In this document: piece after piece, positions 19,475 to 30,214 of the stretch
How the letters are laid out: each line of letters opens with the position of its first letter
Position numbering within the stretch: position 1 is the first letter of the stretch
Assembly (NCBI GenBank): GCA_964291295.2
Contig: OZ219754.1
Coordinates: forward strand, 2,112,001-2,176,000
Source: an uncultured Candidatus Binatia bacterium
GTDB taxonomy: Bacteria; Desulfobacterota; Binatia; UBA9968; JAJDTQ01
Reading direction: 5' to 3'
DNA: 64,000 bases
Notes under the pieces: generated by a model
What the model was told of the DNA's origin: nothing
The model's database searches: none
Seen by the model: the letters and a program-made list of their open reading frames with translations, nothing else
Position numbers and translations under genes: made by a program

Positions 19475-20557
19475 TCAGTTCAGAATCCTGGCCGCGTTCC
19501 CGCCCAGGATCTTGCGCTTGTTCTCTTCCGTCAGCCTGTCGCTTTCGACGATGGGCCGGGTCACCTCGCCGGGAGGGGAGGAGTCCCAGTGCGGCGTGTC
19601 CGTGGCCAGTACGAGATTGTCGTCCCCCAGCATCTCCACCGCCACCTCGAAGTGCTCGTCCTCGAACGGTTCGCAGCCGACGTACACCTGCCGCTTGAAG
19701 TACTCGCTCGGCTTCATCTTGAGCCAGGGCACCAAGTGGGGCAGTTTTTCGAAGTGTTCGTCCATGCGCCCCAGCCACCACGGCATCTGGGAGGCGCCGG
19801 TTTCCAGGCACACCAGGTTCAGTCCGGGGAATCGCTCCAGCACGCCGCCGCAGATGAACGTCATCATGCACACCATGGATTCGAACACGCGTCCCACCAT
19901 GTGGGAAAAGAAGAAGTTGTCGGCAAACCGTTCCTGGCCCATGGACTCGTGCTTGGTGTCGTGGATGATGATGGGCCAGCGCAGGTTCTCCAACTCCGCG
20001 TAGACGGGGTCGTAGCAGGGATCCCACCACGGACGGCCCGCCACCGGCACCGCCTTCATGTTGAGGGCCCGGTTGCCCATGTCCGCCATCCGGTGCAGTT
20101 CCCGGAGCGCCAGCTTCCCGTCCTGCAGCGGGATCACGCCGGCCCATTGCAGCCGTTCGGGATACTCGCCGGCGTACTGCTGCATGTAGTTGTTCTGTGC
20201 GCGGCAATAGGCGGCCGCCAACTCCGGATCGTCCGGAAACCACACCAGGTCCAGCGCCGGCGAGTTGGGTGACAGAACCGCCACGTCGATGCCGTCCTTG
20301 TCGAGATTCCGTACCCGGCCCCCGGCCGCCAGGTCTTCCGCCTTGTGCCAGTTGGGTTTCTCGTCACTCTGCCGGGTGATCTCCGAACCCACCATGATCC
20401 GCGTGCCCACCAAGGTCTTGCGCCGTTCGTCCGGCCTGGTCGGAAGCGCCCGCGGCAGGTGTGGCTTCCATCTTTCCTCGATGCAGTGCGGCCACTGGCC
20501 CACATCGCCCACCAGATGGCTGTCGAGGTCGATGACCCGGATACCGTTGATGGCCAT
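19475..20557 (-). CDS. Amidohydrolase_2 family protein
   Basis: IDLDSH, GGVLERFP, LETG, ATDTPHWD; AGGAGG RBS before ATG 20557. Confidence 0.9.
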   Translation of the reverse strand: MAINGIRVIDLDSHLVGDVGQWPHCIEERWKPHLPRALPTRPDERRKTLVGTRIMVGSEITRQSDEKPNWHKAEDLAAGGRVRNLDKDGIDVAVLSPNSPALDLVWFPDDPELAAAYCRAQNNYMQQYAGEYPERLQWAGVIPLQDGKLALRELHRMADMGNRALNMKAVPVAGRPWWDPCYDPVYAELENLRWPIIIHDTKHESMGQERFADNFFFSHMVGRVFESMVCMMTFICGGVLERFPGLNLVCLETGASQMPWWLGRMDEHFEKLPHLVPWLKMKPSEYFKRQVYVGCEPFEDEHFEVAVEMLGDDNLVLATDTPHWDSSPPGEVTRPIVESDRLTEENKRKILGGNAARILN

Positions 20558-20958
20558 GGGATTCCTCCTGGCTGGACAAGGGTGCCGCGCGGGTGCCGCG
20601 CGTACCGGCGGTCTCCGGAACGCGCCCCCCGGCCGCGCCGGTTCGGCCCCGCACCGCGGTGCAGCCCCACGACCGCGGTGCGCCGCAAGGTCCTGCGCTA
20701 CGGCTGTTGAATAGCGTTCCCGGACTGGCAGTTCAAGGGATGGCAGACTGTCCCGGCGGGCTTCCGGGCCGCCTTGGCCCCATGCGCGCGGGACACCATC
20801 GTGCACGGATTCATGCTGTCCCTCAAGGAGACGCCGGTTGAGACCCTCATCCCCATGCCCAGACCATCCATGCGGTGGAGGCGTGGCTGGCGGAGACATC
20901 ACGCGGCAAAGCCGTTCCCGCGCAAGCGGCAGTCCGGGAGGGGCCGGGCGAACGGGCG

Positions 20959-21753
20959 TCACCGCTGCCTGAGCCGCAGGATCTCCCGCCGGACCATCTC
21001 TTGCCAGGAGGCTCCGGGGCGGTCGGTCCAGTTGCCCGGCAGATCGATGATTCGTCCCTTGCGCCGGAACGCGTGCGCCCGGCCCAGGGCTTCGGCCAGC
21101 AGCGCCTCCTGCCGGCGGCGCGCCCGGGGCCGGCCGAAGGTGCGGCCCACGGGGTTGTCCACGTACACCGCCCTGGGCGGCCTGACCCGCTCCACCACGT
21201 CCCGCACCGTGCCGATCAACAGTGTCGGCACGCCCAGCTCCTCCACGACGTTGGCGACGAGACTCACGGTCTCGTGGCAATAGGGTCAATAGGGGACCAT
21301 GACGGCCAGGTCCACCTTCATGGCCTTGAGCTTGCGGGCCAGCGCCGGCCCCAGTCGGTTGATGACGCCGTCGTGGTCGGCGATGCCGCCGTACATTGAG
21401 AAATGGCCGGGCGCGACGCCGCCCACCAGGCCTTTTCGCGCCAGTTCCCGGAGCGCGTGCCTGGGAAAGACCACTTCCGGGTCCCTGCGGGCGTCGGCGC
21501 CCACCGGCGAATGGTGATCGAGAGACAGCTCCACGGATGGGTCCGGGGCCACGCGGCGGTGGCTGGCGTCGCCCCTGAAGGGGAACGGGCGCTGGTCCGG
21601 ATGACGAACGGCCGCGCTCGTGAGGAGGCTCACACGCAGTTCCCCCAGCGCGCGGGTCAGGGGTTGCCACGCGGTCCCGGGCGGGCGCCGGAGTCTGCGC
21701 GGCGGTCGCGGAGCCGCGTGCTCCGCCAGGATGGGCAGATAGTCAAGTGGCAT
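20959..21753 (-). CDS. GrdB/PrdB-like selenoprotein (glycine/sarcosine/betaine/proline reductase B family), in-frame UGA read as Sec
   Basis: The two track ORFs are in frame and join as MVPY-U(TGA 21288-21286)-PYCHETVSLVAN, a UxxC motif; RVSLLTSAAV, VVFP, RPPRAVYV. Confidence 0.88.
21251..21280 (-). promoter_or_regulatory. Candidate bacterial SECIS hairpin
   Basis: Core stem ACGAGAC-CGTGA-GTCTCGT begins 10 nt after the UGA and extends through TTG/CAA pairing. Confidence 0.7.
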
Positions 21754-22210
21754 GGCGGCTGCCTGAAAGGGCGCGCCGGCCCTGTCCGGCCTTGTCCACG
21801 TGCACCGGCCCGCCCTTGCCGATGCGTTCCCGGTCCTCCTTGGGCAACTCCTTGATGTCCACCCGGAGCTCGTAGTTGATGTGCTTGATGTCCTCGGACG
21901 GACCGGATCGGTTGCCCATGAGGACCATCGGGCCGGCGCCGGTGTTTTCGAGCTGGTAGAAGTCGCCGCCGTGAATGAGCGCCACCATGCCCGGTTTCAG
22001 GACCGCCGCGCCGCCGTCCGGGAAATGCATGGTGCATTCGCCCTCGATGACATAGAAACTCTGATCGGCGTTGTGGCAGTGCATGTCGTCCTTGTCGCCG
22101 GGCTCGGGATAGACGTGCACCCAGCTGTGAAACCGCCGGGTGTTCATGACGACCTCGCGCTTCTTGTCCCTGTGCGCCTTCTCGATCAGATCCATGACTT
22201 GAATGGCCAT
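21743..22210 (-). CDS. Cupin domain protein
   Basis: MHCHNADQSFYVIEG, LKPGM, YQLENTG; overlaps the selenoprotein start. Confidence 0.85.
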   Translation of the reverse strand: MAIQVMDLIEKAHRDKKREVVMNTRRFHSWVHVYPEPGDKDDMHCHNADQSFYVIEGECTMHFPDGGAAVLKPGMVALIHGGDFYQLENTGAGPMVLMGNRSGPSEDIKHINYELRVDIKELPKEDRERIGKGGPVHVDKAGQGRRALSGSRHAT

Positions 22211-22381
22211 GACGTTCTCCTTTCCCGAAACGAACTTCGGCGCGCGTTTCCAGCGTTTCAAAGATGCCTGCGATCATGGCCGCGGTTCCGCCCGCCGGTG
22301 CGGCCTGGCCCCGCCGGCCGCTCATGGTGTATAGTCTCCGGCGGCGCGGACTCGCAAACGGCTCAAGGAGGTGACCCCCTC

Positions 22382-23356
22382 ATGCCGGAACCCGGATTGA
22401 CCATGGCCCTGTCCCACTACGACCGGCACGTGCCGTTGTTCGACGGCAGCGTCACCGCCGACGGCCTGGACCTCAAGGTGCTGGAAGTCGGCCAGTCGCA
22501 CCCGCTCCGGCACGGCGACCGCCGCCACGAGCGCATGCTGCGGAACGAAGAGTTCGACATCTGTGAGCTCTCGCTGTCGTCGTACCTCATCTCCCGGAGC
22601 CGCGGCCTGCCCATCACGGCCATTCCGGTCTTTCCGCGCCGTCTGTTCAGCCTGTCGCAGATGTGGGTCCACGTGGACGCGGGCATCGAGTCGCCCAAGG
22701 ACCTCGTCGGCAGGACGGTGGGGCTCAGCACGTTCCAGACCACGCTTTCGGTGCTCGCCAAGGGGGATCTCCAGAGCGAGTACGACGTTCCGTGGCGCGA
22801 GATCCAGTGGGTGATCGACAAGCCGGAGGCTTTGTCCATCCAGCTTGAGGGAGTGAGCCTGCGCTACCTCGAAAAGGATCGGCGCATCGGCGCCATGCTG
22901 GAGCGGGGCGACATCGACGCGCTGATGATGCCCCATCCGCCCGACGAGGTGGTGCAAGGGTCGGAGAAGATCCGACGCCTGTTCCGCGACCCGCGCGCCG
23001 AGGAGCTCCGCTACTTCCGCAAGAACGGCTTCTACCCCATCATGCACGTGGTGGCGTTCAGGAACGAGGTGCTGGAGCGGTACCCCTTCGCCGTGCGGAG
23101 CGTCACGGATGCCTTCGAGAAGGCCAAGGCGGCCTGCCGCGAATATTATGCCGACCCCAATTGGTCCAGCCTGGTCTGGACCCGGCATCTTTACGAAGAA
23201 GAGCGGGCGGTGCTGGGCGAGGACTACTGGCCCTATGGACTCCGGCGCAACCGCGCCAATCTGGAACGTTTCATGGGCTACTCCCGAGACCAGGGGTTGA
23301 TGGACCGGCCCCTCACGGTGGAGGAACTGTTCGTCGAATCCACGCTGGATTCATGA
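22382..23356 (+). CDS. Substrate-binding-fold protein (4,5-dihydroxyphthalate decarboxylase-like paralog)
   Basis: YDRH, CELSLS, PVFPRR, YPIMHVV, WPYG; AGGAGG RBS. Confidence 0.85.
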   Translation: MPEPGLTMALSHYDRHVPLFDGSVTADGLDLKVLEVGQSHPLRHGDRRHERMLRNEEFDICELSLSSYLISRSRGLPITAIPVFPRRLFSLSQMWVHVDAGIESPKDLVGRTVGLSTFQTTLSVLAKGDLQSEYDVPWREIQWVIDKPEALSIQLEGVSLRYLEKDRRIGAMLERGDIDALMMPHPPDEVVQGSEKIRRLFRDPRAEELRYFRKNGFYPIMHVVAFRNEVLERYPFAVRSVTDAFEKAKAACREYYADPNWSSLVWTRHLYEEERAVLGEDYWPYGLRRNRANLERFMGYSRDQGLMDRPLTVEELFVESTLDS

Positions 23357-23510
23357 GACCGGCGGGTGCGGGGGCGTCGGTCGGCCGGACCGGCGACCGC
23401 GCACGCCTTTCCCCTGGACGCAGCCGCGCTGCCGATTTCCCGTGAGGCCGGCCGCTCGGTTGACGGTGGCTCCGGCGGTTGTTATCACTGCCCGCAACGA
23501 GTCCGCACCG

Positions 23511-23540
23511 GTGTCCACCGGAATCGTGTCCACCGGAATC
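23511..23540. repeat. Tandem 2 x 15 bp (GTGTCCACCGGAATC)
   Basis: Ends about 20 bp upstream of the ferritin-like ATG. Confidence 0.85.
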
Positions 23541-23559
23541 TTCCGCACAGGGGTTGCTG

Positions 23560-24207
23560 ATGGACAGTCACGAATTCACCCGGAAGGTACAGCAGCGTGT
23601 CGCCGAGTTCTGCAAGGGCCTGGACGACAACCTGCCCGCCTACAGCTACATTCCGCTCGCCACCGACGAGATGCGCATCAAGGTGATGCAGAGCCGGCTC
23701 TTCAACGAAGTGCGTGCCGCGGAGGTCTTCGGCACATGGCTCAAGACCACCCCGCAACTCGAGGTCAAGGCGACTCTGGCAGAGGCCATCCACGAGGAGT
23801 TCGTCCACGCGGAGTATCTGTCGGAAGCGTTGAAGCGCAAGGGCGCCGTGCCCTACGACTACCGTCCGTTACCGGCCCAGACGGCGATGTTCAACAGCTT
23901 CGAGGCGCTGTCGGACACCTGCGAGCGGATCGCGGCCTTCCCGTTCGCCGGCGAGGGCGTGGCCGACTACCTCATCGGCAAGAGTCTCGAGGCCGGCACC
24001 GTGCCGGAGTGGGTCACCGGGCCTTACCAGAAAATCCACGACGACGAGGAGGAGCACGGCAACTATCCCTTCGAGTTGCTCGTCAAGTACGCCACCACCC
24101 CCGAAACGCAGGACCGCGTCGCGCGCGGCGTGGAGATGAGCCTGATGCTCCGGCGCCAGTACTTCGACAACCTCGACCGCTGGGTGTACGAGGATCGTTG
24201 GTCCTAG
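23560..24207 (+). CDS. Ferritin-like diiron domain protein
   Basis: Ligand pattern E...EEFVH...E...DEEEH typical of diiron four-helix bundles. Confidence 0.75.
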   Translation: MDSHEFTRKVQQRVAEFCKGLDDNLPAYSYIPLATDEMRIKVMQSRLFNEVRAAEVFGTWLKTTPQLEVKATLAEAIHEEFVHAEYLSEALKRKGAVPYDYRPLPAQTAMFNSFEALSDTCERIAAFPFAGEGVADYLIGKSLEAGTVPEWVTGPYQKIHDDEEEHGNYPFELLVKYATTPETQDRVARGVEMSLMLRRQYFDNLDRWVYEDRWS

Positions 24208-24222
24208 GAAGGCCGCGGGCGG

Positions 24223-25155
24223 TCAGGGAAGCAACAACCCGGACCGCAGCAGCGCCCGGCGGATGCGCTCGCGCTCCTCGTGGCCGATGCGTCTGAGAGG
24301 CGGACGCACCACGGCCCTGTCGATCCTTCCCAGCAGCACCAGCGCTTCTTTCATGCGGTTGTGCATGTCCACGAACGGCGGCGCGTAGAACACTTCCACG
24401 AGTGGCGCAAGCCGGTCGTTCAGGCGGCGGCCGGCTTCCAGGTCTCCGGCCTGAACGGCCCGGAACAACTCCGCGTGCAGGTCCGCGGTGACGCTCCCCA
24501 TACCCGAGATGGAACCGTCGGCGCCGAGCACGTAGCTGGCCAACAGCGACATGGTGTAGCTGCTCAACAGGGCCACGGGCCGGCCGGTGCCGCGCAGCGC
24601 CCGCAGATTGGCCTCCAGCGCCACCATGTCGTTGCTCCAGTCCTTGACCCCCACCACGGGATCGACCTCCGCCAGCCGCGCCAGGGTGTCCGGATCGTAG
24701 CCGATGCCGCTGGCCGGCGGATACTCGAAGACGATCAACGGCAGGTCCGTGGCCGCGGCCACGGTCTCGAAGTGGGAGACGGCCATCTCGGGACGCAGTC
24801 GGGCGCCCCACATGAAGAGCGTCGGCGGAAAGACCAGCAACCCGGCCGCGCCTTCGACCTTGGCGTCTTTGGCAAGCTCGGCGGCTTCCAGGGTGTTGTC
24901 CGTGTAGATGCCGGAGATGAGTTCCACCCGGTCGCCGACCGCGTCGGCGGCGATGGCCAGCGCACGGCGCCGCTCTTCCCGGTCCAGGGACGACACCTCG
25001 GCGGCGTGGCCGTTGCAGACAATGGCGTCGACGCCATCCACGGAGGCGAGCCATGAAAGGTGTCTCCGGTAGTTGGCCTCGTCGAAGGACAGGTCTTCCT
25101 GGAACGGGAGCAGATTGGCCGGGATGGCACCGCTGAAACGGAGTGTGCGTGTCAT
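24223..25155 (-). CDS. Dihydrodipicolinate synthase family aldolase
   Basis: NGHAAEVSSL, VFPP, Schiff-base Lys in VGVKDWS, VRPPL. Confidence 0.9.
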   Translation of the reverse strand: MTRTLRFSGAIPANLLPFQEDLSFDEANYRRHLSWLASVDGVDAIVCNGHAAEVSSLDREERRRALAIAADAVGDRVELISGIYTDNTLEAAELAKDAKVEGAAGLLVFPPTLFMWGARLRPEMAVSHFETVAAATDLPLIVFEYPPASGIGYDPDTLARLAEVDPVVGVKDWSNDMVALEANLRALRGTGRPVALLSSYTMSLLASYVLGADGSISGMGSVTADLHAELFRAVQAGDLEAGRRLNDRLAPLVEVFYAPPFVDMHNRMKEALVLLGRIDRAVVRPPLRRIGHEERERIRRALLRSGLLLP

Positions 25156-25889
25156 GGATCGTCTCCTGCGCGCGATTCAAGGGGAATCCGGCTGCGCGGC
25201 CTTTTGAAAAAGCGCGTCGGTCATGGTGCTTCCTCGATCTTGCCGAACTCCGGTGGTTTCCCCGTCATGCGGACAGCTGGCTCGAAGCATCGCGCTTGCG
25301 GCAGACGGTCCATGGTCCCCGGAGGTTTCGAAAGGCAGATTCGAGACCGCCAAGGGTGAATCCGCATACTGTCATGACATGGCGAAACGTGGACATGGCG
25401 AAGCATCAAGCATGGCGCAGCATCGGTCTCGAATCAGTTCATCCGGATCATCCGGAACGGGCAGACACTGCAGGCAAAGGCACCTTGAGGATTTGCTCTT
25501 CCTGGTCGAGACTGCCTACAATACCCCGAATATTGACGAAAGCCGAACGTGGACGGAGGCCGAGCGATATCTTCCTTGCCCGAAGTCTTTTGTCCGATGT
25601 CTTCCATCCTCGATTGTCTGTCCGAGAGTGTCTCCAGGAACGTCTTTGTCCTTGCCCGATCTCCACGAGGAGGCGAGGCACGATGGTGATCATGACCGGC
25701 TTGATTCGTCTCACGATACGGGTGCCGAAAGCCGGGGACGACCGTGAGCGCTTCCACCGGCTGCTGGCGGTCTCGGCACCGCGGGAGCGTCTCCTTGTCT
25801 TGTCATGGCGCTGATGCCGGTCACCCCGGCCGTATGCACGGGTCGACTCGCCTGTCCCGGTTTTGCGTACCGCATGACAGGGTGATCCA

Positions 25890-26177
25890 GTGAACCGATT
25901 GCTGACTCTGACGCTTGGCCCCGCGGTGGCTCTCTGCACCGCTTGCGCGGGTCCGGATGCACAGGACAACGCCCCCGACCCGAGGAGGCTTGGTTCTCCT
26001 GTCGTAAAGGATGGCACCATCTACACGCCTGTGAGCCAAGGACCGCAGGGGTGTTTGCTCTATAACGTCCGCATTCCGGGTGGACAGGCTCCAGCCGCCC
26101 TGGTGTACCGGAACGCGGAAGGACGATTCAGCCATGATCGTCCGGAGCGATGTACCAGGCGCGGCAAGGCTCCATAG
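25890..26177 (+). CDS. Small putative lipoprotein
   Basis: Signal-like N-terminus with lipobox-like CTAC; two further Cys. Confidence 0.5.
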   Translation: MNRLLTLTLGPAVALCTACAGPDAQDNAPDPRRLGSPVVKDGTIYTPVSQGPQGCLLYNVRIPGGQAPAALVYRNAEGRFSHDRPERCTRRGKAP

Positions 26178-26259
26178 CCGCCTGTTCTTGACAGAGTGCG
26201 CAACCGGGCGGAACGCTCAGGTTCCTGAAGCATCTGTTCCAGTCCGAACCCGGGGCGAC

Positions 26260-26380
26260 CCGGCGCAAACCGCTCACACTCTGCTTGACGATCTGGCGAC
26301 CCTAACCGTGAACACGTTCCAGGCTCGTTTGCCTGACGCCAGGCCATTCGAGGCCGCCACCCGGCCCACCCCGCTTTCCT
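26260..26380 (+). pseudogene. IS1634-like transposase C-terminal remnant
   Basis: HTLLDDLATLTVNT...FEAATRPTPL resembles the conserved IS1634 C-terminus; boundaries approximate. Confidence 0.6.
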
Positions 26381-26408
26381 TGACAGGCACGGTTTATTGG
26401 ACAAGACC

Positions 26409-26450
26409 TTGACTTGATGGGGGGGGGGGGGGAGGGGGGTAAAGTACTAT
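26409..26450 (+). promoter_or_regulatory. Putative sigma70-like promoter with poly-G spacer (G14-A-G6)
   Basis: TTGACT/TTGATG, G tract, TAAAGT/TACTAT, upstream of the RTX gene. Confidence 0.55.
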
Positions 26451-26510
26451 TCATGACAGGACGGTCTGGATGGGCCGGCATACGGGCACATACGAAAAGG
26501 AGGCGTAACC

Positions 26511-27976
26511 ATGGGTATTGAGCGAACCGGCGGCGATGGCAATGATGAACTGAGGGGCGGTGTTGGCGACGATACGCTGGACGGCGGCAAGGGCAACGAC
26601 ATTCTCTACGGGGGCGACGGCGGGGACAGGCTGTCGGGGGGCGACGGGTCCGACTGGCTGTATGGCGGCGGTGGTGATGACCCGCTCATAGAGGGCGGGG
26701 CGGGCAACGATTGGCTTTGGGGCGAAGAGGGCGATGACGTGCTGGACGGCGGCGCCGATGACGACACGCTGTATGGCCGTTCGGGCGATGACACGCTGAG
26801 GGGCGGCACGGGCGTGGACACGCTGTATGGCGGTTTGGGGGCGGACACCTTCGCGTTCGCGGTGGGGGACGGCGTCGACACGATCGCCGATTTCGAGGCC
26901 GGGGACACGATCGAGATTGCCGGGGTGTCTGGCGGTTTTTCTGCGCTGGTGATCGAGCAGGAGGGCGCCAATGCGGTCATCCGCTACGGCGAGGGCGACG
27001 CTATCACGGTGGAGGGGGTGACGGCGTCCTCGCTGGGCGCGGACGACTTCCTGTTTCCCGACGCCGAGAAGACCCCGCAGGCGAGCGGCGAGGAGGACAC
27101 CGCTGCGCAGAGTGCCCCTGCGCAGAGTACGCTGACGGGCGGCAAGGGCGACGACAGTATGAGGGGCAGCAAGGGCGACGACACGCTGAGGGGCGGCAAG
27201 GGCGACGATTGGCTGACCGGTGGCCGCGGGGATGACACGCTGGAGGGCGGCAAGGGCGACGACACGTTCGTCTTCGATTCGGGAGACGGGAACGATATCA
27301 TCACCGACTTCGGAGAAGGCGATAGGATTCACTTGTATGGCGTCGACGTCACATCGCTGCGTATCGAAGAGGACGGCGGCGATGCCGTCATCCATTACAG
27401 CGACGACGACACCATCACCGTGTCGGGTGTGTCGGTGGATTCTCTGGAATTTGGCAAGAACATGGCATACTCCACGGGCAGTGAGCGATTCTTCGGGACG
27501 CCGCCGGAGGATCCGGGCCTCAGCGGCGACGACTACATCAAAGGCAGCAAGGACGACGACAGGCTGAAAGGCCACGGAGGCGACGATACGATCTACGGCG
27601 ACGAGGGCGAGGACAAACTCTACGGCGGCGACGGCGACGATGGCGACGACTACCTCGACGGCGACGACATCATCTACGGCGGCAGTGGCGACGACAACCT
27701 CGCCGGCGAAAAGGGCAACGACACCCTCTACGGCGGCAAGGGCGACGACATCCTCGCCGGCGGCGACGGCAGCGACCGTTCGGTCTGGACGTCATTGAGA
27801 TCAAGAATTTCAGCAATTGGCCGTGGCACTTGCGCGCTTCCTTGAGTTTCGAAGACTTCACCATAAGCCAATCGGGCAACGACACGATCATCACCTGGAG
27901 TGGCGGATCCATCACGCTGGAGGGGATCCTGGCGTCGCAAATCAACGAGGCCGATTTCGATTTCACGGTGGGCTGA
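26511..27976 (+). pseudogene. RTX (hemolysin-type Ca-binding repeat) secreted protein, frameshifted near 27780
   Basis: Many GGxGxDxL nonapeptides. The natural C-terminus (GLDVIEI...GNDTIITWSGGSITLEGILASQINEADFDFTVG*) lies in another frame at 27782-27976, so the intact ORF ends at 27845. Confidence 0.85.
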
Positions 27977-28169
27977 CGCCACCGGACGCGGGCAGCTTGT
28001 GTTCAGCAAGGGCAGCCGCGGTAAAATATGGAACTTTGAGGATGGCAAGGACAAGATATCACGCAGCGCCGGCAACGACACGCTGGAGTGTGACTTTTGA
28101 GGAGGTATCCCAAGCGGACCTGCTTGAGGGATATCTTGATTTCTGCTGACACGCCTTGATGACCAGACA

Positions 28170-28195
28170 AAAGGGCGGCCCATGGGCCGCCCTTT
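28170..28195. terminator. Bidirectional intrinsic terminator (perfect 26-bp palindrome)
   Basis: AAAGGGCGGCCCA/TGGGCCGCCCTTT with A- and T-rich flanks. Confidence 0.8.
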
Positions 28196-28213
28196 CTTTA
28201 TCTGCCGGGCTGG

Positions 28214-28408
28214 TCAGGCAAGGGCGTCCTTCGTTTCGGTCAGCAGCCGCATGAGGCGGTTGGCTTCGGGATGCCCTTGGTGCTTGTCGGGGTGCACAAT
28301 CCCGGCCATGCGGGCGAAGGCTTGCTTCGCGCTGCGGCCTCGGCCAACTTTTCGGAACCGTTCGACTTCGAGCACGTGTTCATCGCCGGCACCATCGTGC
28401 CAGCGCAC
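28214..28408 (-). pseudogene. J-domain (HPD) fragment
   Basis: KQAFARMAGIVHPDKHQGHPEANRLMRLL; no clear intact N-terminus. Confidence 0.5.
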
Positions 28409-28621
28409 CCGAAGGCCGCCGGCGCATGCGGCCGGGGGCTCGGGCGCTCCCGGGGCGGATGGGCCTGCAGGATTGTCGCGGTTGCCGATGCGCTGGCTAT
28501 CGGGTGCGGTTCGTGGTCCTTCCCGGCCAGCGGCAGGGCCTCATGTGGACGCCGCAGCCGTGTTGGGCGGCTTTCCGTTCGAGGCCCGGATGGCCGGCCG
28601 GGCCTTTGACGCAACTGGCTG

Positions 28622-30214
28622 CTAGTGCGAGTCGAATATCTCCTGGTACCGCGCGATGGCCGCGAGCAAGGCCTCGCGCTCCCGCCCGGTCGGGCAGCGG
28701 GGGTCGCGCGCCTTGGGCAGACGTCCCAGGCGCAGCATGGCGGCGCGCAGCAGCACGCGGGCCTTGGTGGCGTCCAGGTTGTTCCCTTCGATGGTCAGAT
28801 CGTCGGGGTCGGAGGGCAGCGCGCCCTCCGGATCGCCCCGGCTCACCCGCACCACCGGCATGCCGCCGCAGGCGGCGATGGCGAGGGCGGCGGTCTGGCT
28901 CGGGAGTGCCGAGCCGGTGCCTGCGGCTCCCTCCAGGACGAAGCCGTGAAACCGCGGCGCGCCCGGCTCCGCGGACCGTTGCTGCGCGAGTCCCCGTTGA
29001 ATGCGGGCCATGATGTCCACTTCCGCGTCCGCGTCGTCCGCGTCGTCCTCCGCCATGTAGTGGCCGTACTTCACCACGTGCACCGGCGCGATGACATCGC
29101 CGCGCAGCGCGCCGTGGCCGTCCTTGATGCGGATGCCCGTCGCCTCGGGGCTGTCGCCGTATTTCTGAAAGCGGACTTCGGCGGGCAGGTTCTTCACCGC
29201 CAGCGCGGATGCCCCCGTGGTCCGGTACGCGGGGCGGAACCACACCCGCACCTCATGACCGGCGCTGCCGAGCACGCCCCCGTGTCCGCCGGTGGCGCGA
29301 TATCCGCCCGGACGCGCGTCGCCCTTCTTGAAGGTACGCGCCGCGAATATCTGTTCGTCCACGATGCCCACCGCGCCCAATCCCGCCCCGAGACCCGATG
29401 CGATATAGCGTGTGGCGTCGACGATGTTCCGGTCGCCGTCATTGGCCAGGGTTCCGTGCGCGCGCTGCGACGATATGCCCACGAAGGGCAGGGGTGTGTC
29501 CAGCACGAGGCTCAACCAGTACAGCGTCTCCTCCAGATGCGGGCTGCCCTCCAGCCAGATGAAGCCGTCGTGGCGCCCCGAGTCGATGGTCTGCTGGACC
29601 ACGTTGACCGCCCGCGCCATGGCTGAATGGGGCGGAAACTTGCCGAGGGGCCGGGGGCTGTACGGGAAGAAGTCGCGCCCGGCCAACTCGCCCCGCTTCA
29701 CATAGCCCGACGGTGGGAGTACGCGCACGAAGTCGAACTCCGCAAGCCGGTCCAACGCGCTCGCTGCGCCGTCGTGGCCGCGCCCGCTCAGCCCGCGGTC
29801 GATCTCCTCGAACAGCCGCGAGGCATCCGGAAAGAAGGTCTGCCGACCGCCGTAACCCATGCCCGCATCCCGCAGGTCGGCATCCTCGAAGGGTGTACCG
29901 TCCTTCGAGCCGTCGGCGCGGCGCGCCATGTAGGGCAGCGGATACGAGCCGTCCTCGGGGCGCAACTCCACCTCGTGGTACGGCTTCCCGTCGTCGTGAT
30001 AGACCTCGGCGGCGTCGGATTCCAGCGGGTGCGCGGTGAATTTCTCGATGCGCACCCGCACGGGCCGGTGCAGGCGCTGTGGTACGAGGTGATCGAACCG
30101 CCCCTCCAGTTGCCGTTCCCCCGCCATCCGCCCCTTGTTGCTGGTAACCAGCGCCGGTGTATTGGTGATGGTGGCTCGCGGTCCCGAGAATACCGCTATG
30201 CGAGGTCGGGTCAT
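28622..30214 (-). CDS. Asparaginase-domain protein (atypical, long)
   Basis: IAVFSGPRATI, EGSPHLEETLYWL, QRAHG..NDGDRN, NNLDATKAR; GGAGG RBS before ATG 30214. Confidence 0.75.
   Translation of the reverse strand: MTRPRIAVFSGPRATITNTPALVTSNKGRMAGERQLEGRFDHLVPQRLHRPVRVRIEKFTAHPLESDAAEVYHDDGKPYHEVELRPEDGSYPLPYMARRADGSKDGTPFEDADLRDAGMGYGGRQTFFPDASRLFEEIDRGLSGRGHDGAASALDRLAEFDFVRVLPPSGYVKRGELAGRDFFPYSPRPLGKFPPHSAMARAVNVVQQTIDSGRHDGFIWLEGSPHLEETLYWLSLVLDTPLPFVGISSQRAHGTLANDGDRNIVDATRYIASGLGAGLGAVGIVDEQIFAARTFKKGDARPGGYRATGGHGGVLGSAGHEVRVWFRPAYRTTGASALAVKNLPAEVRFQKYGDSPEATGIRIKDGHGALRGDVIAPVHVVKYGHYMAEDDADDADAEVDIMARIQRGLAQQRSAEPGAPRFHGFVLEGAAGTGSALPSQTAALAIAACGGMPVVRVSRGDPEGALPSDPDDLTIEGNNLDATKARVLLRAAMLRLGRLPKARDPRCPTGREREALLAAIARYQEIFDSH

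Noticed and set aside
20560-20958. Possible ncRNA or gene remnant between the amidohydrolase and selenoprotein genes
   Set aside because: Only generic GC-rich hairpins; no recognisable RNA family or ORF.
19475-21670. 731-aa version of the amidohydrolase ORF
   Set aside because: The extension is low-complexity and overlaps the selenoprotein; the RBS supports 20557.
25143-25814. Overlapping ORFs in a lower-GC stretch
   Set aside because: No frame shows convincing coding character; probably degenerate foreign DNA.
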